From NCBI GenBank assembly GCA_021158125.1, contig JAGGVF010000012.1:91612-155611 (forward strand): a stretch of 64,000 nucleotides of DNA, written 5' to 3'. This document shows, one piece after another, positions 48,531 through 56,790 of the stretch; the first letter of the stretch is position 1; every line of letters starts with the position of its first letter. Below the pieces are notes generated by a model, which saw nothing but the letters and a program-made list of their open reading frames with translations, did not search any database and was not told the DNA's origin. Source of the stretch: Candidatus Bathyarchaeota archaeon (GTDB lineage: Archaea; Thermoproteota; Bathyarchaeia; Bathyarchaeales; WUQV01). A program made the translations under genes and the position numbers.

Positions 48531-49067
48531 TTGAAAATTGAAATCAGAATAGCTGGCTTAGGCGGTCAAGGAGTAGTCTTAGCTGGAAAAATACTTGGCA
48601 AAGCAGCAGTTTTCGACGGCCTATTCGCCGTTCAAACTCAAAGTTATGGAGCTGAAGCCAGAGGAAGCGCCGCAAAAAGCGAAGTAATAATATCAGACAA
48701 GCCAATATGGTTTCCATTCGTCAGAAAATGCGACTTTCTAATCGCTCTTAGCCAACAAGCCCTAGACAAGTATTTAAAAGATTTAAAAAAGGACGGAAAA
48801 TTGGTTGTTGATTCTACTTATGTAAGGGAAGTTCCAGAAAAATTTGGAAAAAAGCCTTACAGCCTTCCTTTCTGCAAAAATGCCAAAGAAAAATTTGGAA
48901 ATGAAATTTTTGCAAATGTTATTGCTTTAGGCTTTTTAGCGAAAGCGTTTCGTTTGGTTAGCGAAGAATCCTTAAGAAAAGCCATAGTCGGTAGCGTTCC
49001 ATCTAAGTATGAAAAAGAAAACATTGAAGCTTTTAAATTGGGCGTCAAACTCGCAGAGGAAATTTAA
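48531..49067 (+). CDS. 2-oxoacid:ferredoxin oxidoreductase, gamma subunit
   Basis: IRIAGLGGQGVVLAGKILGKAA...QSYGAEARGSAAKSEVIIS. Confidence 0.8.
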   Translation: MKIEIRIAGLGGQGVVLAGKILGKAAVFDGLFAVQTQSYGAEARGSAAKSEVIISDKPIWFPFVRKCDFLIALSQQALDKYLKDLKKDGKLVVDSTYVREVPEKFGKKPYSLPFCKNAKEKFGNEIFANVIALGFLAKAFRLVSEESLRKAIVGSVPSKYEKENIEAFKLGVKLAEEI

Positions 49068-49070
49068 AAG

Positions 49071-49937
49071 CTAATCAGTTTCTGATCTTCTCCAAATCAA
49101 TGTTTTAATTCGTGCTGCTGGAAGGAACCCTATTTTTTCGTAAAGTTTCATTGCAGCTTTGTTTTTTACATGAACTCTTAGATACGCTTGTTTAATATTG
49201 TTTTCAAGAAGCTTATTTAATGCAAATTTTATTGCTTGTTCACCGTAGCCTTTCCTTCTGTGAGCAGGGGCTATGCCAACGTTGCTTATTCTTCCCGTTT
49301 TAGAGTTAAAGTTTATTATGCCAATGGTTTGTTCTCCTTTGTTGATGAAGTAGAACTCTTCAATGTTGCAGTATGCGTCTAAGAATTCTTTCGGTAGTTC
49401 TGATGCAAACTTTAGGGTTTGGCTGAGCATGACGTCGGGAGAGTCGCTTAAGAACTCTTTTGCGAGACGTAGGAAAACTTGGATTTTCTCTCTGTTAACT
49501 TTGCTAAATTGAATTTTGTCTGAAACTTCAAAAGGCTGAATCATTTTATATTCCATTTCGTAACAGTCGTCTATTTCCTCGAATCCTAATGACTCAAATT
49601 CCGCTATTGCCTCCTCCTTTTCATGCGGAAAAGCTGCTAGTGCGTATTGGGCTGCTGTTCTTTTCACAAAGTCTAGGGCTTCAGAAGTAAATTCTCGAAT
49701 TTTTTCCCACGAAACTTGAGGGTTGGCTACAAGTATGAAAGACATTAATGTGCCAGCGGGGGCTAGTAGCTGTATTGGTTCCCTTCCGAAAACAACCATT
49801 CCTATAGGCTTTCTTTCTTCGGCGAATACCCAGAAGGGAAGTCCCATGGCCCTTGCAGGCTCTGCGTAGTTGGCGACTTTTGCAATTACATCCTCTGCGT
49901 TTGGGTCATCATGCGAGTATACTTCCGTTACTTCCAC
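49071..49937 (-). CDS. GNAT-family N-acetyltransferase (two-domain)
   Basis: The C-terminal half carries the acetyl-CoA motif VGIAPAHRRKGYGEQAIKFAL...LRVHVKNKAAMKLYEKIGF. The N-terminal half is a degenerate GNAT-like domain. Confidence 0.75.
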   Translation of the reverse strand: MEVTEVYSHDDPNAEDVIAKVANYAEPARAMGLPFWVFAEERKPIGMVVFGREPIQLLAPAGTLMSFILVANPQVSWEKIREFTSEALDFVKRTAAQYALAAFPHEKEEAIAEFESLGFEEIDDCYEMEYKMIQPFEVSDKIQFSKVNREKIQVFLRLAKEFLSDSPDVMLSQTLKFASELPKEFLDAYCNIEEFYFINKGEQTIGIINFNSKTGRISNVGIAPAHRRKGYGEQAIKFALNKLLENNIKQAYLRVHVKNKAAMKLYEKIGFLPAARIKTLIWRRSETD

Positions 49938-49985
49938 CTTCTAATAATGTGGAATGTAGTTTGAAACGGTGGGATAAAAGCGTTT

Positions 49986-50957
49986 GTGTTAAAGTGGCCA
50001 TTTGAGATAAGCAAAAATCTAAGAGTACTTTATTATTTCAAGTGGTTCACCGCTTTGGCGAAACTTCCACTGTTTAACATTGCTAAACGAGGATTTTGCA
50101 CTTGTCTCCCTAAATATAATTTGAACACCTATTTGGGCAGATGCGGCCACGGATGCATTTACTGTTACGCCGTTAAATTTCCAAGTTTTACTGGGCCCAC
50201 TCTTCCCAGAACTAGACTTGTTGAGCAAATAGCTGAAATGACCAAGAATACACGGCTAAAACTTCCCGTAATGCTAAGCGACTGCACAGACCCCTACCAA
50301 CTGCTTGAAAGAAAATACAAAATTACACGCAAATGCATCGAAGTTTTAACTAAGCACAAGTTTCCATTGCTAATTGTAACAAAGTCAGACTTAGTCCTAA
50401 GAGATATAGACTTATTCCATTTAACACCAACAGTCGTCTCAATAACTGTGACAACTTTAGATGAGAAAACAGCAAAGTTTTGGGAACCAAACGCACCCCC
50501 GCCAAAACTCCGAATAGCTGCACTTCAAAAACTTGCAGAAGAAGGAATAACCACAACCGCAAGAGTAGACCCAATAATCCCCAGTATAAACGATAACACG
50601 GAGGATTTCGAGAAACTTGTGAAAGTTTTAGCTGAAGTTGGAGTTAAGCAGATTACAACATCAACCTTTAAGCCCGTAAGGGGATTCTTTAAAACTCTTA
50701 GAAGACTCAACTATGGGCTTTATAAGCGTCTGTATAGTCTCTACTCTGACGGAAAATGGATTCTGGGTTATAAATATCTAAGCGATGAAAAGCGAAGGAG
50801 GATTATGGAGCGTTTAAGATCCATAGTCCTAAATTATGGGTTGGAGTTTTCATCCTGTCGTGAGGGCTTCCCGGAGTTAAATACCACTTTATGTGATGGA
50901 ACTGCTTTTTGTCGTGATATGCTTGATAGGTTTATTGATTATTCGAGTTCCGAATAA
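49986..50957 (+). CDS. Radical SAM protein (SplB/COG1533-like)
   Basis: CxxxCxxC cluster in GRCGHGCIYCYAV. TIM-barrel-like beta/alpha periodicity. The true start may be downstream of 49986. Confidence 0.7.
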   Translation: MLKWPFEISKNLRVLYYFKWFTALAKLPLFNIAKRGFCTCLPKYNLNTYLGRCGHGCIYCYAVKFPSFTGPTLPRTRLVEQIAEMTKNTRLKLPVMLSDCTDPYQLLERKYKITRKCIEVLTKHKFPLLIVTKSDLVLRDIDLFHLTPTVVSITVTTLDEKTAKFWEPNAPPPKLRIAALQKLAEEGITTTARVDPIIPSINDNTEDFEKLVKVLAEVGVKQITTSTFKPVRGFFKTLRRLNYGLYKRLYSLYSDGKWILGYKYLSDEKRRRIMERLRSIVLNYGLEFSSCREGFPELNTTLCDGTAFCRDMLDRFIDYSSSE

Positions 50958-51026
50958 ATGTTTATTAAATATTACGATAAAAGACAATATATCAGATATC
51001 GAAATATTCCCAAAGAGGAAATATAA

Positions 51027-51434
51027 ATGTCAAGAATAGGAATAATAACAAACAATGCATTCCAATTAGCGAAAACCGCAGAAATAAGAAATTCAAAAGT
51101 AATAATGCTAGAAAAAGCAGAAATGCTAACAAAACTCTACAAACAACTCACACAAAATTTCCTTGATATAATAATTCTCAAAAAACTAAGAAAAAGAAAA
51201 ATGAGACTCTGCGAACTGTCAAAGTCGCTTAAAAGAGAATTTTACATATCAATCGATACAAAAAAGTTACATAAAACAGTTAAATCCATGAAGGACAAGA
51301 AACTTCTAGAAATCTGCGAAATTAACGGCAGAAAGTTTTATTGCCTAACCAATGAAGGGGAGAGAACAGTTGAGACTATTCGAAGACTAGAAGACCAAAT
51401 TCACGAAATAGTTTTAAACGCTGTTCCAAGCTAG
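51027..51434 (+). CDS. Winged-helix (PadR-like) transcriptional regulator
   Basis: FLDIIILKKLRKRKMRLCELSKSLKREF...KLHKTVKSMKDKKLLEI...KFYCLTNEGERTVE. Confidence 0.5.
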   Translation: MSRIGIITNNAFQLAKTAEIRNSKVIMLEKAEMLTKLYKQLTQNFLDIIILKKLRKRKMRLCELSKSLKREFYISIDTKKLHKTVKSMKDKKLLEICEINGRKFYCLTNEGERTVETIRRLEDQIHEIVLNAVPS

Positions 51435-51994
51435 CTTCGAGGAACTCGCTTAGACAAAAACGCAACATAATCATGTAATTCACACCTATCCCACAGTTTT
51501 TCCAGAAAGAAAAGTCTGCTGAGAAGCTTTTCAAAATCTTTAAAGCCAAATTTCTTCTTTAAACCAGTAACAACAATAACAGCGTCTTTCTTGGCTACTC
51601 TACCTATCTCTTTTAAAGTTTCAATCGGAGAAGGCACATTCTGAAGCAAAGTTATAGCGAAAACCACGTCAAAAATTCCATCGTGAAAAGGGAGATAATC
51701 AGCATCAGCCTGAACAAGAAAAACATTTTCCCTACCCCCAATCTTCCCCTTCGCCCTCATCAAAATCCCCTTTGACACGTCAACTCCAACAAGAATGTTT
51801 CCTAAAACATAATCAAACAGAAGGCCAGTCCCGCATCCAACATCAAGAATTAAACTTTCAGATTTTAAATTCAAATTTTCTAAGGAAAATTCAATTTTCA
51901 ACCTTTGCTCCTGACCATACTGCAAATCATAAATATGCGCAATAGTATCATAATGGTTCATCACGCTACGTTTTTTCTTCCAATAATCCTCCAA
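51431..51994 (-). CDS. Class I SAM-dependent methyltransferase (Methyltransf_11-like)
   Basis: Motif I ILDVGCGTGLL and post-II VQADADYLPFHDGIFDVV. Confidence 0.75.
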   Translation of the reverse strand: MEDYWKKKRSVMNHYDTIAHIYDLQYGQEQRLKIEFSLENLNLKSESLILDVGCGTGLLFDYVLGNILVGVDVSKGILMRAKGKIGGRENVFLVQADADYLPFHDGIFDVVFAITLLQNVPSPIETLKEIGRVAKKDAVIVVTGLKKKFGFKDFEKLLSRLFFLEKLWDRCELHDYVAFLSKRVPRS

Positions 51995-52077
51995 TAATTC
52001 CCCCGAGATAATTAACTAACCAATAAAATTTATTTGCTACAAATCTTCTGAAATAGTTTGGCGCTCTGGCGCTGGCA

Positions 52078-52155
52078 GCCCTGGTAGTATAGCCCGGTCT
52101 AGTATAGGCGGCTGTCGCCCGCCCGACCCGGGTTCAAATCCCGGCCAGGGCGCCA
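52078..52155 (+). tRNA. tRNA-Asp (anticodon GUC), intron-less, encoded CCA
   Basis: Hand fold. Acceptor GCCCUGG/CCAGGGC. D stem GUAU/GUAU (2 G-U pairs). Anticodon arm GGCGG-CUGUCGC-CCGCC. T arm CCGGG-UUCAAAU-CCCGG. Ends G-CCA. Confidence 0.88.
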
Positions 52156-52291
52156 CCCTACAAGTTTAAATCCTTCTTTTTTGGGGTTCTTATGGAAATA
52201 TTCTATACAACAGCCTTGAGAAATTCGAGTTTGGATAGAGAATTTTTCTGTAAAAATTTTTCACAAATTTTAAGCTCTCACACAAATTCAA

Positions 52292-52299
52292 TTTATAAA
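52292..52299 (+). promoter_or_regulatory. Candidate TATA box upstream of the TasA-like locus
   Basis: TTTATAAA lies ~32 nt upstream of ATG 52331, followed by the purine run GGAGAAGGGAGGGAGAAGG (SD-like). Confidence 0.3.
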
Positions 52300-52330
52300 T
52301 TCTGCAGGAGAAGGGAGGGAGAAGGAAAAT

Positions 52331-52942
52331 ATGGACAAAAAAATATTGGTTAGTATTATGGTAATCGGCTTAGTTGCAGCATTGGCAGGAGCAGGATTAT
52401 ACGCCTATTTCAGCGACACAGAAACAAGCACGGGAAACAAATTCAAGGCTGGAACATTAAACTTGAGAGTTGGAGGTAATGACCCAACAACTTGGCATGT
52501 AACGATATCCAATATCAAACCAGGAGACAATGGCACTATAGAAGTTCCATTTACAGTTGAGGGCACTATGAAAGGCTACGTTGATGTTAAAATAACAAAC
52601 ATACAGAATTCTGGAGGATCAACACCTGAACCGGAACCTACACCAGATAATGGTGAGCTAGGTAGTGAACTGCTAGTCACTGCGATACAGATGAACTCTT
52701 GGAAGATGAAGTGGAGTACCCCTAAGAGCTTTAACGACTTGAATGATATATGGTGGTGGAAGAATGGTCTCCTGGGAGCGTTTCCAGTAGACGGTTTGAC
52801 ATATACTCCGCCATACACAGATTCCATTAAAATATTCTGGGAATTACCTGAAACTGTTGGTAACGATGTTCAAGGCGACATACTGACATTTGACATCGAG
52901 TTTACACTGACTCAAGGAACATCGGGCATAGAAGTCCGTTAG
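52331..52942 (+). CDS. TasA/camelysin-like secreted fibre protein, paralogue 1 (SipW-type signal peptide)
   Basis: MDKKILVSIMVIGLVAALAGAGLYA|YFSDTETSTGNKFKAGTLNL is the N-terminal signature of the TasA/CalY (peptidase M73) class. C-terminal GNDVQGDILTFDIEFTLTQ. Confidence 0.75.
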   Translation: MDKKILVSIMVIGLVAALAGAGLYAYFSDTETSTGNKFKAGTLNLRVGGNDPTTWHVTISNIKPGDNGTIEVPFTVEGTMKGYVDVKITNIQNSGGSTPEPEPTPDNGELGSELLVTAIQMNSWKMKWSTPKSFNDLNDIWWWKNGLLGAFPVDGLTYTPPYTDSIKIFWELPETVGNDVQGDILTFDIEFTLTQGTSGIEVR

Positions 52943-52976
52943 ACTCCAAAAACCATCAATCTAGCAGTGACTTTCA

Positions 52977-53651
52977 ATGAAGAAAACTGATGCATTGATC
53001 CTGAGCATTGCGGTGATACTCTTAGCTAGTCTACTCGCTGGAACTGGTTTATACGCCTATTTCAGCGACACAGAGACTTCGAGTGGGAACATATTTAATG
53101 CTGGAACTTTGGATTTGAAGCTTAGTCATAGCAGTACTGGTCCGTGGACTGATGGAGTCACAGCTACATGGACTTTATCGGACATGAAGCCTGGAGACGA
53201 AACATCACTTGCTTGTGTTTTCTTCAAGAATTTTGGTTTAGTGCCTTCAAGCACTATGACTATAACTTGCGAGTATAGCGTGGAAGAAAAAACTAATCCT
53301 GTGGAGTCGGACACTGACCCATATACTAATAAACACCCGGACGAGATGGCAAAATACATGGTCATCACTTGGATGAAGTATAGAAACGACGAAGTTGATA
53401 TCAACTGCTTAACAGGAGAGAATAATGGTTATCCTTCCAATGAAGAGTGGAAGATAAGCGACATGGATGGAGATGGAAGGATAACCTTATACGATTTGAA
53501 AATGGATACATTGGTTAATCTCCCATCACCAGACACGCAAACAAATGGAATAACACAGCTTGACATGAAAATCATGTTTGACACAAGCGCTGGCAACGAC
53601 TTTCAAGGGGACATCTTTAACTTGACAATAATCTTCACCCTAAAGCAATAG
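52977..53651 (+). CDS. TasA/camelysin-like secreted fibre protein, paralogue 2, with EF-hand/dockerin-like loop
   Basis: ...LLAGTGLYA|YFSDTETSSGNIFNAGTLDL; C-terminal GNDFQGDIFNLTIIFTLKQ; internal DMDGDGRITLYDL. Confidence 0.75.
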   Translation: MKKTDALILSIAVILLASLLAGTGLYAYFSDTETSSGNIFNAGTLDLKLSHSSTGPWTDGVTATWTLSDMKPGDETSLACVFFKNFGLVPSSTMTITCEYSVEEKTNPVESDTDPYTNKHPDEMAKYMVITWMKYRNDEVDINCLTGENNGYPSNEEWKISDMDGDGRITLYDLKMDTLVNLPSPDTQTNGITQLDMKIMFDTSAGNDFQGDIFNLTIIFTLKQ

Positions 53652-53719
53652 AACAAGCCAGCATAAAACCCAATATATAAACCCTCTTATCTTCCCTTTT
53701 TATAAGTTAATAAGCAGAA

Positions 53720-54229
53720 GTGATTCATTTGAGGAAAACAGTTAAAGAGGCAGTATCCATCATTACAATTATCGCCTTACTATCTCCAATCTTAATTTGC
53801 TTGATTACCCCACTCTTTGTCGGCGGCTTCTTCAGCGTCATTATGTCAGGCAGCATGGAGCCGACAATCCCGGTCGGCAGCGTAGTAATAGTTAAGAAGG
53901 TTAACCCAGAAGACGTAAAGGTCGGCGACATCATAGCCTTCAAAACGGGTGAATCAAGAACCGTACACAGAGTAGTTGAGAAGATTGTTGAAGACGGCTC
54001 CTTCTATTTTAAGACCAAAGGAGATGCCAACGAGAAACCTGACCCTTGGATTGTTAAGCCTGAAGACATCTGCGGAGCCCTAATGTTGACGATACCTTAC
54101 TACGGCTATTTAATATGGTTTGCCAGAACGCCCATAGGCATTGTGACTTTTATTCTCGTTCCAGCAATAATCCTTATAGTAAACGAGATCAGAAACATTC
54201 TTAAGTATAGAAAGGGCGTGAAAGGTTGA
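53720..54229 (+). CDS. Signal peptidase I, archaeal/ER (SipW) type
   Basis: N-terminal TM segment; SGSMEPT (catalytic Ser box); VHRV (His box); KGDANEKPD (box D); C-terminal TM segment. Confidence 0.85.
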   Translation: MIHLRKTVKEAVSIITIIALLSPILICLITPLFVGGFFSVIMSGSMEPTIPVGSVVIVKKVNPEDVKVGDIIAFKTGESRTVHRVVEKIVEDGSFYFKTKGDANEKPDPWIVKPEDICGALMLTIPYYGYLIWFARTPIGIVTFILVPAIILIVNEIRNILKYRKGVKG

Positions 54230-55641
54230 AAAGAAAATTTTTAGTTCTGCTTTTAACTATTGGATTTATAGGAACGGTTTTCGGAACCTTCCTTCACGCC
54301 TACTTCTCCGATGTAGAGAGAAGCCAAGAAAACATCTTCCAGGCTGGAAAGTGGCCAGCCCTAAACGCAACTAAGGGATTTAAAGTTCCAAAGCCAAACG
54401 AAAACGGAAAATATTGGCTTAACCTTACTGTTGAAAACAATACTGGCATAATTCTTGCGGCAGTTCCGCCAATCTTCATGCCCCAAATTAACATAACAAA
54501 TACATGTAAGTTCAACATCAGCAAAGTTGAAATCCTCGATTATCTCCCAAAGGACTGGGCATGGAAAAACATAACCCTTCTATTCCTATACACTGACGGA
54601 AAAGTGTGCCCCATAGTTCCTCCACACTACGAAGTCAATTATAACCCTAAAACAAGGCTGCTAAACGTCACCATAGCCAACATAACGTCAGCCATAGGAA
54701 AACCAATGGAGCAGGATGAAAAAATAGAGCTAGCATTCCTAATGTGGTACAACCTAACAGGAAAACGCCTACCAGAAGAATATCGAATTCAACCTCCAAC
54801 CTATGTGAACGCTGCAAAAGCAACAGCCTGGAGTACAGAAGGTACAAAATCAAACGTGGCTGAGACTTCAACCGAAATAAAGACTCAGATAAAACTGGTT
54901 GACAGAATACACGACGCGATCGAATTCTTGAAGGGCATGTACAATTCGACAGTTGGGCTGTGTGCTGAAGCGCCCAGAGTTGCACCCAACACTTACTGGC
55001 TTGTAAGCGATAATCTCTGGGCTTCCAAAGCCTTGGAGAAATATTATTCGGAACTCTCAAACACTATAAAATTAAAGCTCATAGAATTGGCTGAGGCCTA
55101 TAACCTTCCAGTAAACAGCCAAGGCTTGCCAATAAGCTACAAACATGAAGCTGTCATTGGTAATGTCATACCCTTACCATTTAATAAAACCGTACCCTAC
55201 ACGTTGCACAGCAACAATTACACTTTAAAAACTGAAATAGCGAACGGAACGGCGGTAATAAAAGACTGGCAAGAATACGCTGACCTACTCCTTTTCGCGG
55301 CACTTTCAAAACACTGGGAAGGAAAAGACAATGAAGCCATAGCCCTATTCAACATGGCTAAAGTAATGTGGGACGGCACAGGAATAAACGATTATGCAAC
55401 AAAGGCTAATGGGAAATACGCAACATACAAGCTTGCACTACTGCTCTACGCATCAAAGGTTCTAAAGCAGAAGCTACCCTTCGAGGAAGAGTTGATAGCC
55501 ATTATATTTAGAATGCAAGACCAAGAAACAGGCGGGATAATAACAGACTATTATCCAAACGGAGAACCAGTAGAATATGCAGATGCAAATACGGAAACGA
55601 CATCAATAACCATAATAGCCCTAACATACGAAGCTGAATAA
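54226..55641 (+). CDS. Large secreted protein with the same SipW-type signal/TasA-like N-terminus plus a C-terminal helical-repeat domain
   Basis: MKRKFLVLLLTIGFIGTVFGTFLHA|YFSDVERSQENIFQAGKW. The N-terminal half has at least 9 N-x-S/T sequons. The C-terminal ~260 aa is rich in W/Y-containing helices (YWLVSDNLWASKALEKYY, LLLFAALSKHWEG, YKLALLLYASKVL). TTGA overlap with the peptidase gene. Confidence 0.6.
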   Translation: MKRKFLVLLLTIGFIGTVFGTFLHAYFSDVERSQENIFQAGKWPALNATKGFKVPKPNENGKYWLNLTVENNTGIILAAVPPIFMPQINITNTCKFNISKVEILDYLPKDWAWKNITLLFLYTDGKVCPIVPPHYEVNYNPKTRLLNVTIANITSAIGKPMEQDEKIELAFLMWYNLTGKRLPEEYRIQPPTYVNAAKATAWSTEGTKSNVAETSTEIKTQIKLVDRIHDAIEFLKGMYNSTVGLCAEAPRVAPNTYWLVSDNLWASKALEKYYSELSNTIKLKLIELAEAYNLPVNSQGLPISYKHEAVIGNVIPLPFNKTVPYTLHSNNYTLKTEIANGTAVIKDWQEYADLLLFAALSKHWEGKDNEAIALFNMAKVMWDGTGINDYATKANGKYATYKLALLLYASKVLKQKLPFEEELIAIIFRMQDQETGGIITDYYPNGEPVEYADANTETTSITIIALTYEAE

Positions 55642-55695
55642 GCTATGAGCCTCTTCACGATAGATACCTAATGCCCTGCCAGGGCGCCACTCACT

Positions 55696-56790
55696 TTAAT
55701 GGTTTTCTTTTAGGACTACTGGTTTTTTGCCGAGGTATTCTGCTGCTGTTAGAACTTTTTTATCCTTTTCTTTTGCTTTTTCGTAGACTTGACGAACTCT
55801 TTCTCTGTATTTTGGTTCTCTTAGTAGGTGGTGGTCATAAATTATTAGTTTAAGCCTTCTTGTTTCTTCTATTATTTTTACGGTGTTTTTTACTGTTCTT
55901 CTTAGGTTGATTAGGTTTAGCATGTAAGGTATTAGGTATGTGCTTGGGCCGTCTAGGATTAGGACGTTTGGGTCTTCTTTTATTATCCATTCTGCGTAGT
56001 CTTCGATTGTTGGCCCTTGCAGGTCTGACGTGTGGATTATTTTCTCGTCTTTATACGTGATCGCTGTTGCAATGACCCACCCAACCCTTGCGAATTCTAT
56101 TCCGTGGAAAAGCGGCTTAGTGAACTTGACAATTGTCTTTCCGAACTTGAATTCTCTTCCGTCCGCGAATTTAATTTGGCATTTTCTAAACTTTAGCTCT
56201 GGAATATGTTTGTAGGAATTCCATTTTTCAACTCTTGCTTGGAACCATTTCTTACCCTTTTCTAAAAGTTCCTTTTTTCTTGCGTTGTAGTCGCCGTAGT
56301 CTATGCTCATTGCAAGCGGTATTTCCTTAAGTGGATCTGGGTAATTCTTTCTTTCCTTTTCTTCTAGCAGGTTTTCGAGTTCTGTTTTGCCAAAAGCTGT
56401 ACATATGTTGTTGTAGAAGTTTTCTGCTCTTTTCCTTTGGGAATCGTTAATGTATTCGTTTGGGTTTTTTGCTAAAACGAGTTTTTCTTTGTATATGGCT
56501 TTGTCGAAGTCTGTGAAGTGGTCGTAGTGATAATGGGAGATAACTATGACTTCGGCTTTTTCCGACGCTTTCTTAACAGCCTTCTCAGCTTTTCTCAGCC
56601 AGTAAAGCTTCTTTGCCAAAGGCGCAGGAAAACTCGGCTGCATTACTGCTGCTCCAGGATCAATTAAAATTGAAACATCCGGAGTTTCCACTAAAGTGCA
56701 TGTTGACTTTGCGCCTAAAGAGTCGAACCAGACGAAGCTGAAACGTATATGTTTCATGATTTCCCGCTTGCCTTGCTTAAAGACTTCCAA
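55696..56790 (-). CDS. MBL-fold metallo-hydrolase
   Basis: VIVISHYHYDHF (HxHxDH), preceded by ILIDPGAA. The start is Met 56790 or Met 56757. Confidence 0.72.
   Translation of the reverse strand: MEVFKQGKREIMKHIRFSFVWFDSLGAKSTCTLVETPDVSILIDPGAAVMQPSFPAPLAKKLYWLRKAEKAVKKASEKAEVIVISHYHYDHFTDFDKAIYKEKLVLAKNPNEYINDSQRKRAENFYNNICTAFGKTELENLLEEKERKNYPDPLKEIPLAMSIDYGDYNARKKELLEKGKKWFQARVEKWNSYKHIPELKFRKCQIKFADGREFKFGKTIVKFTKPLFHGIEFARVGWVIATAITYKDEKIIHTSDLQGPTIEDYAEWIIKEDPNVLILDGPSTYLIPYMLNLINLRRTVKNTVKIIEETRRLKLIIYDHHLLREPKYRERVRQVYEKAKEKDKKVLTAAEYLGKKPVVLKENH

Noticed and set aside
46555-49067. Absence of a delta (ferredoxin-like) subunit in the 2-oxoacid:ferredoxin oxidoreductase operon
   Set aside because: Three-subunit (alpha/beta/gamma) and two-subunit OFORs are well known in archaea. 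This is not anomalous on its own.
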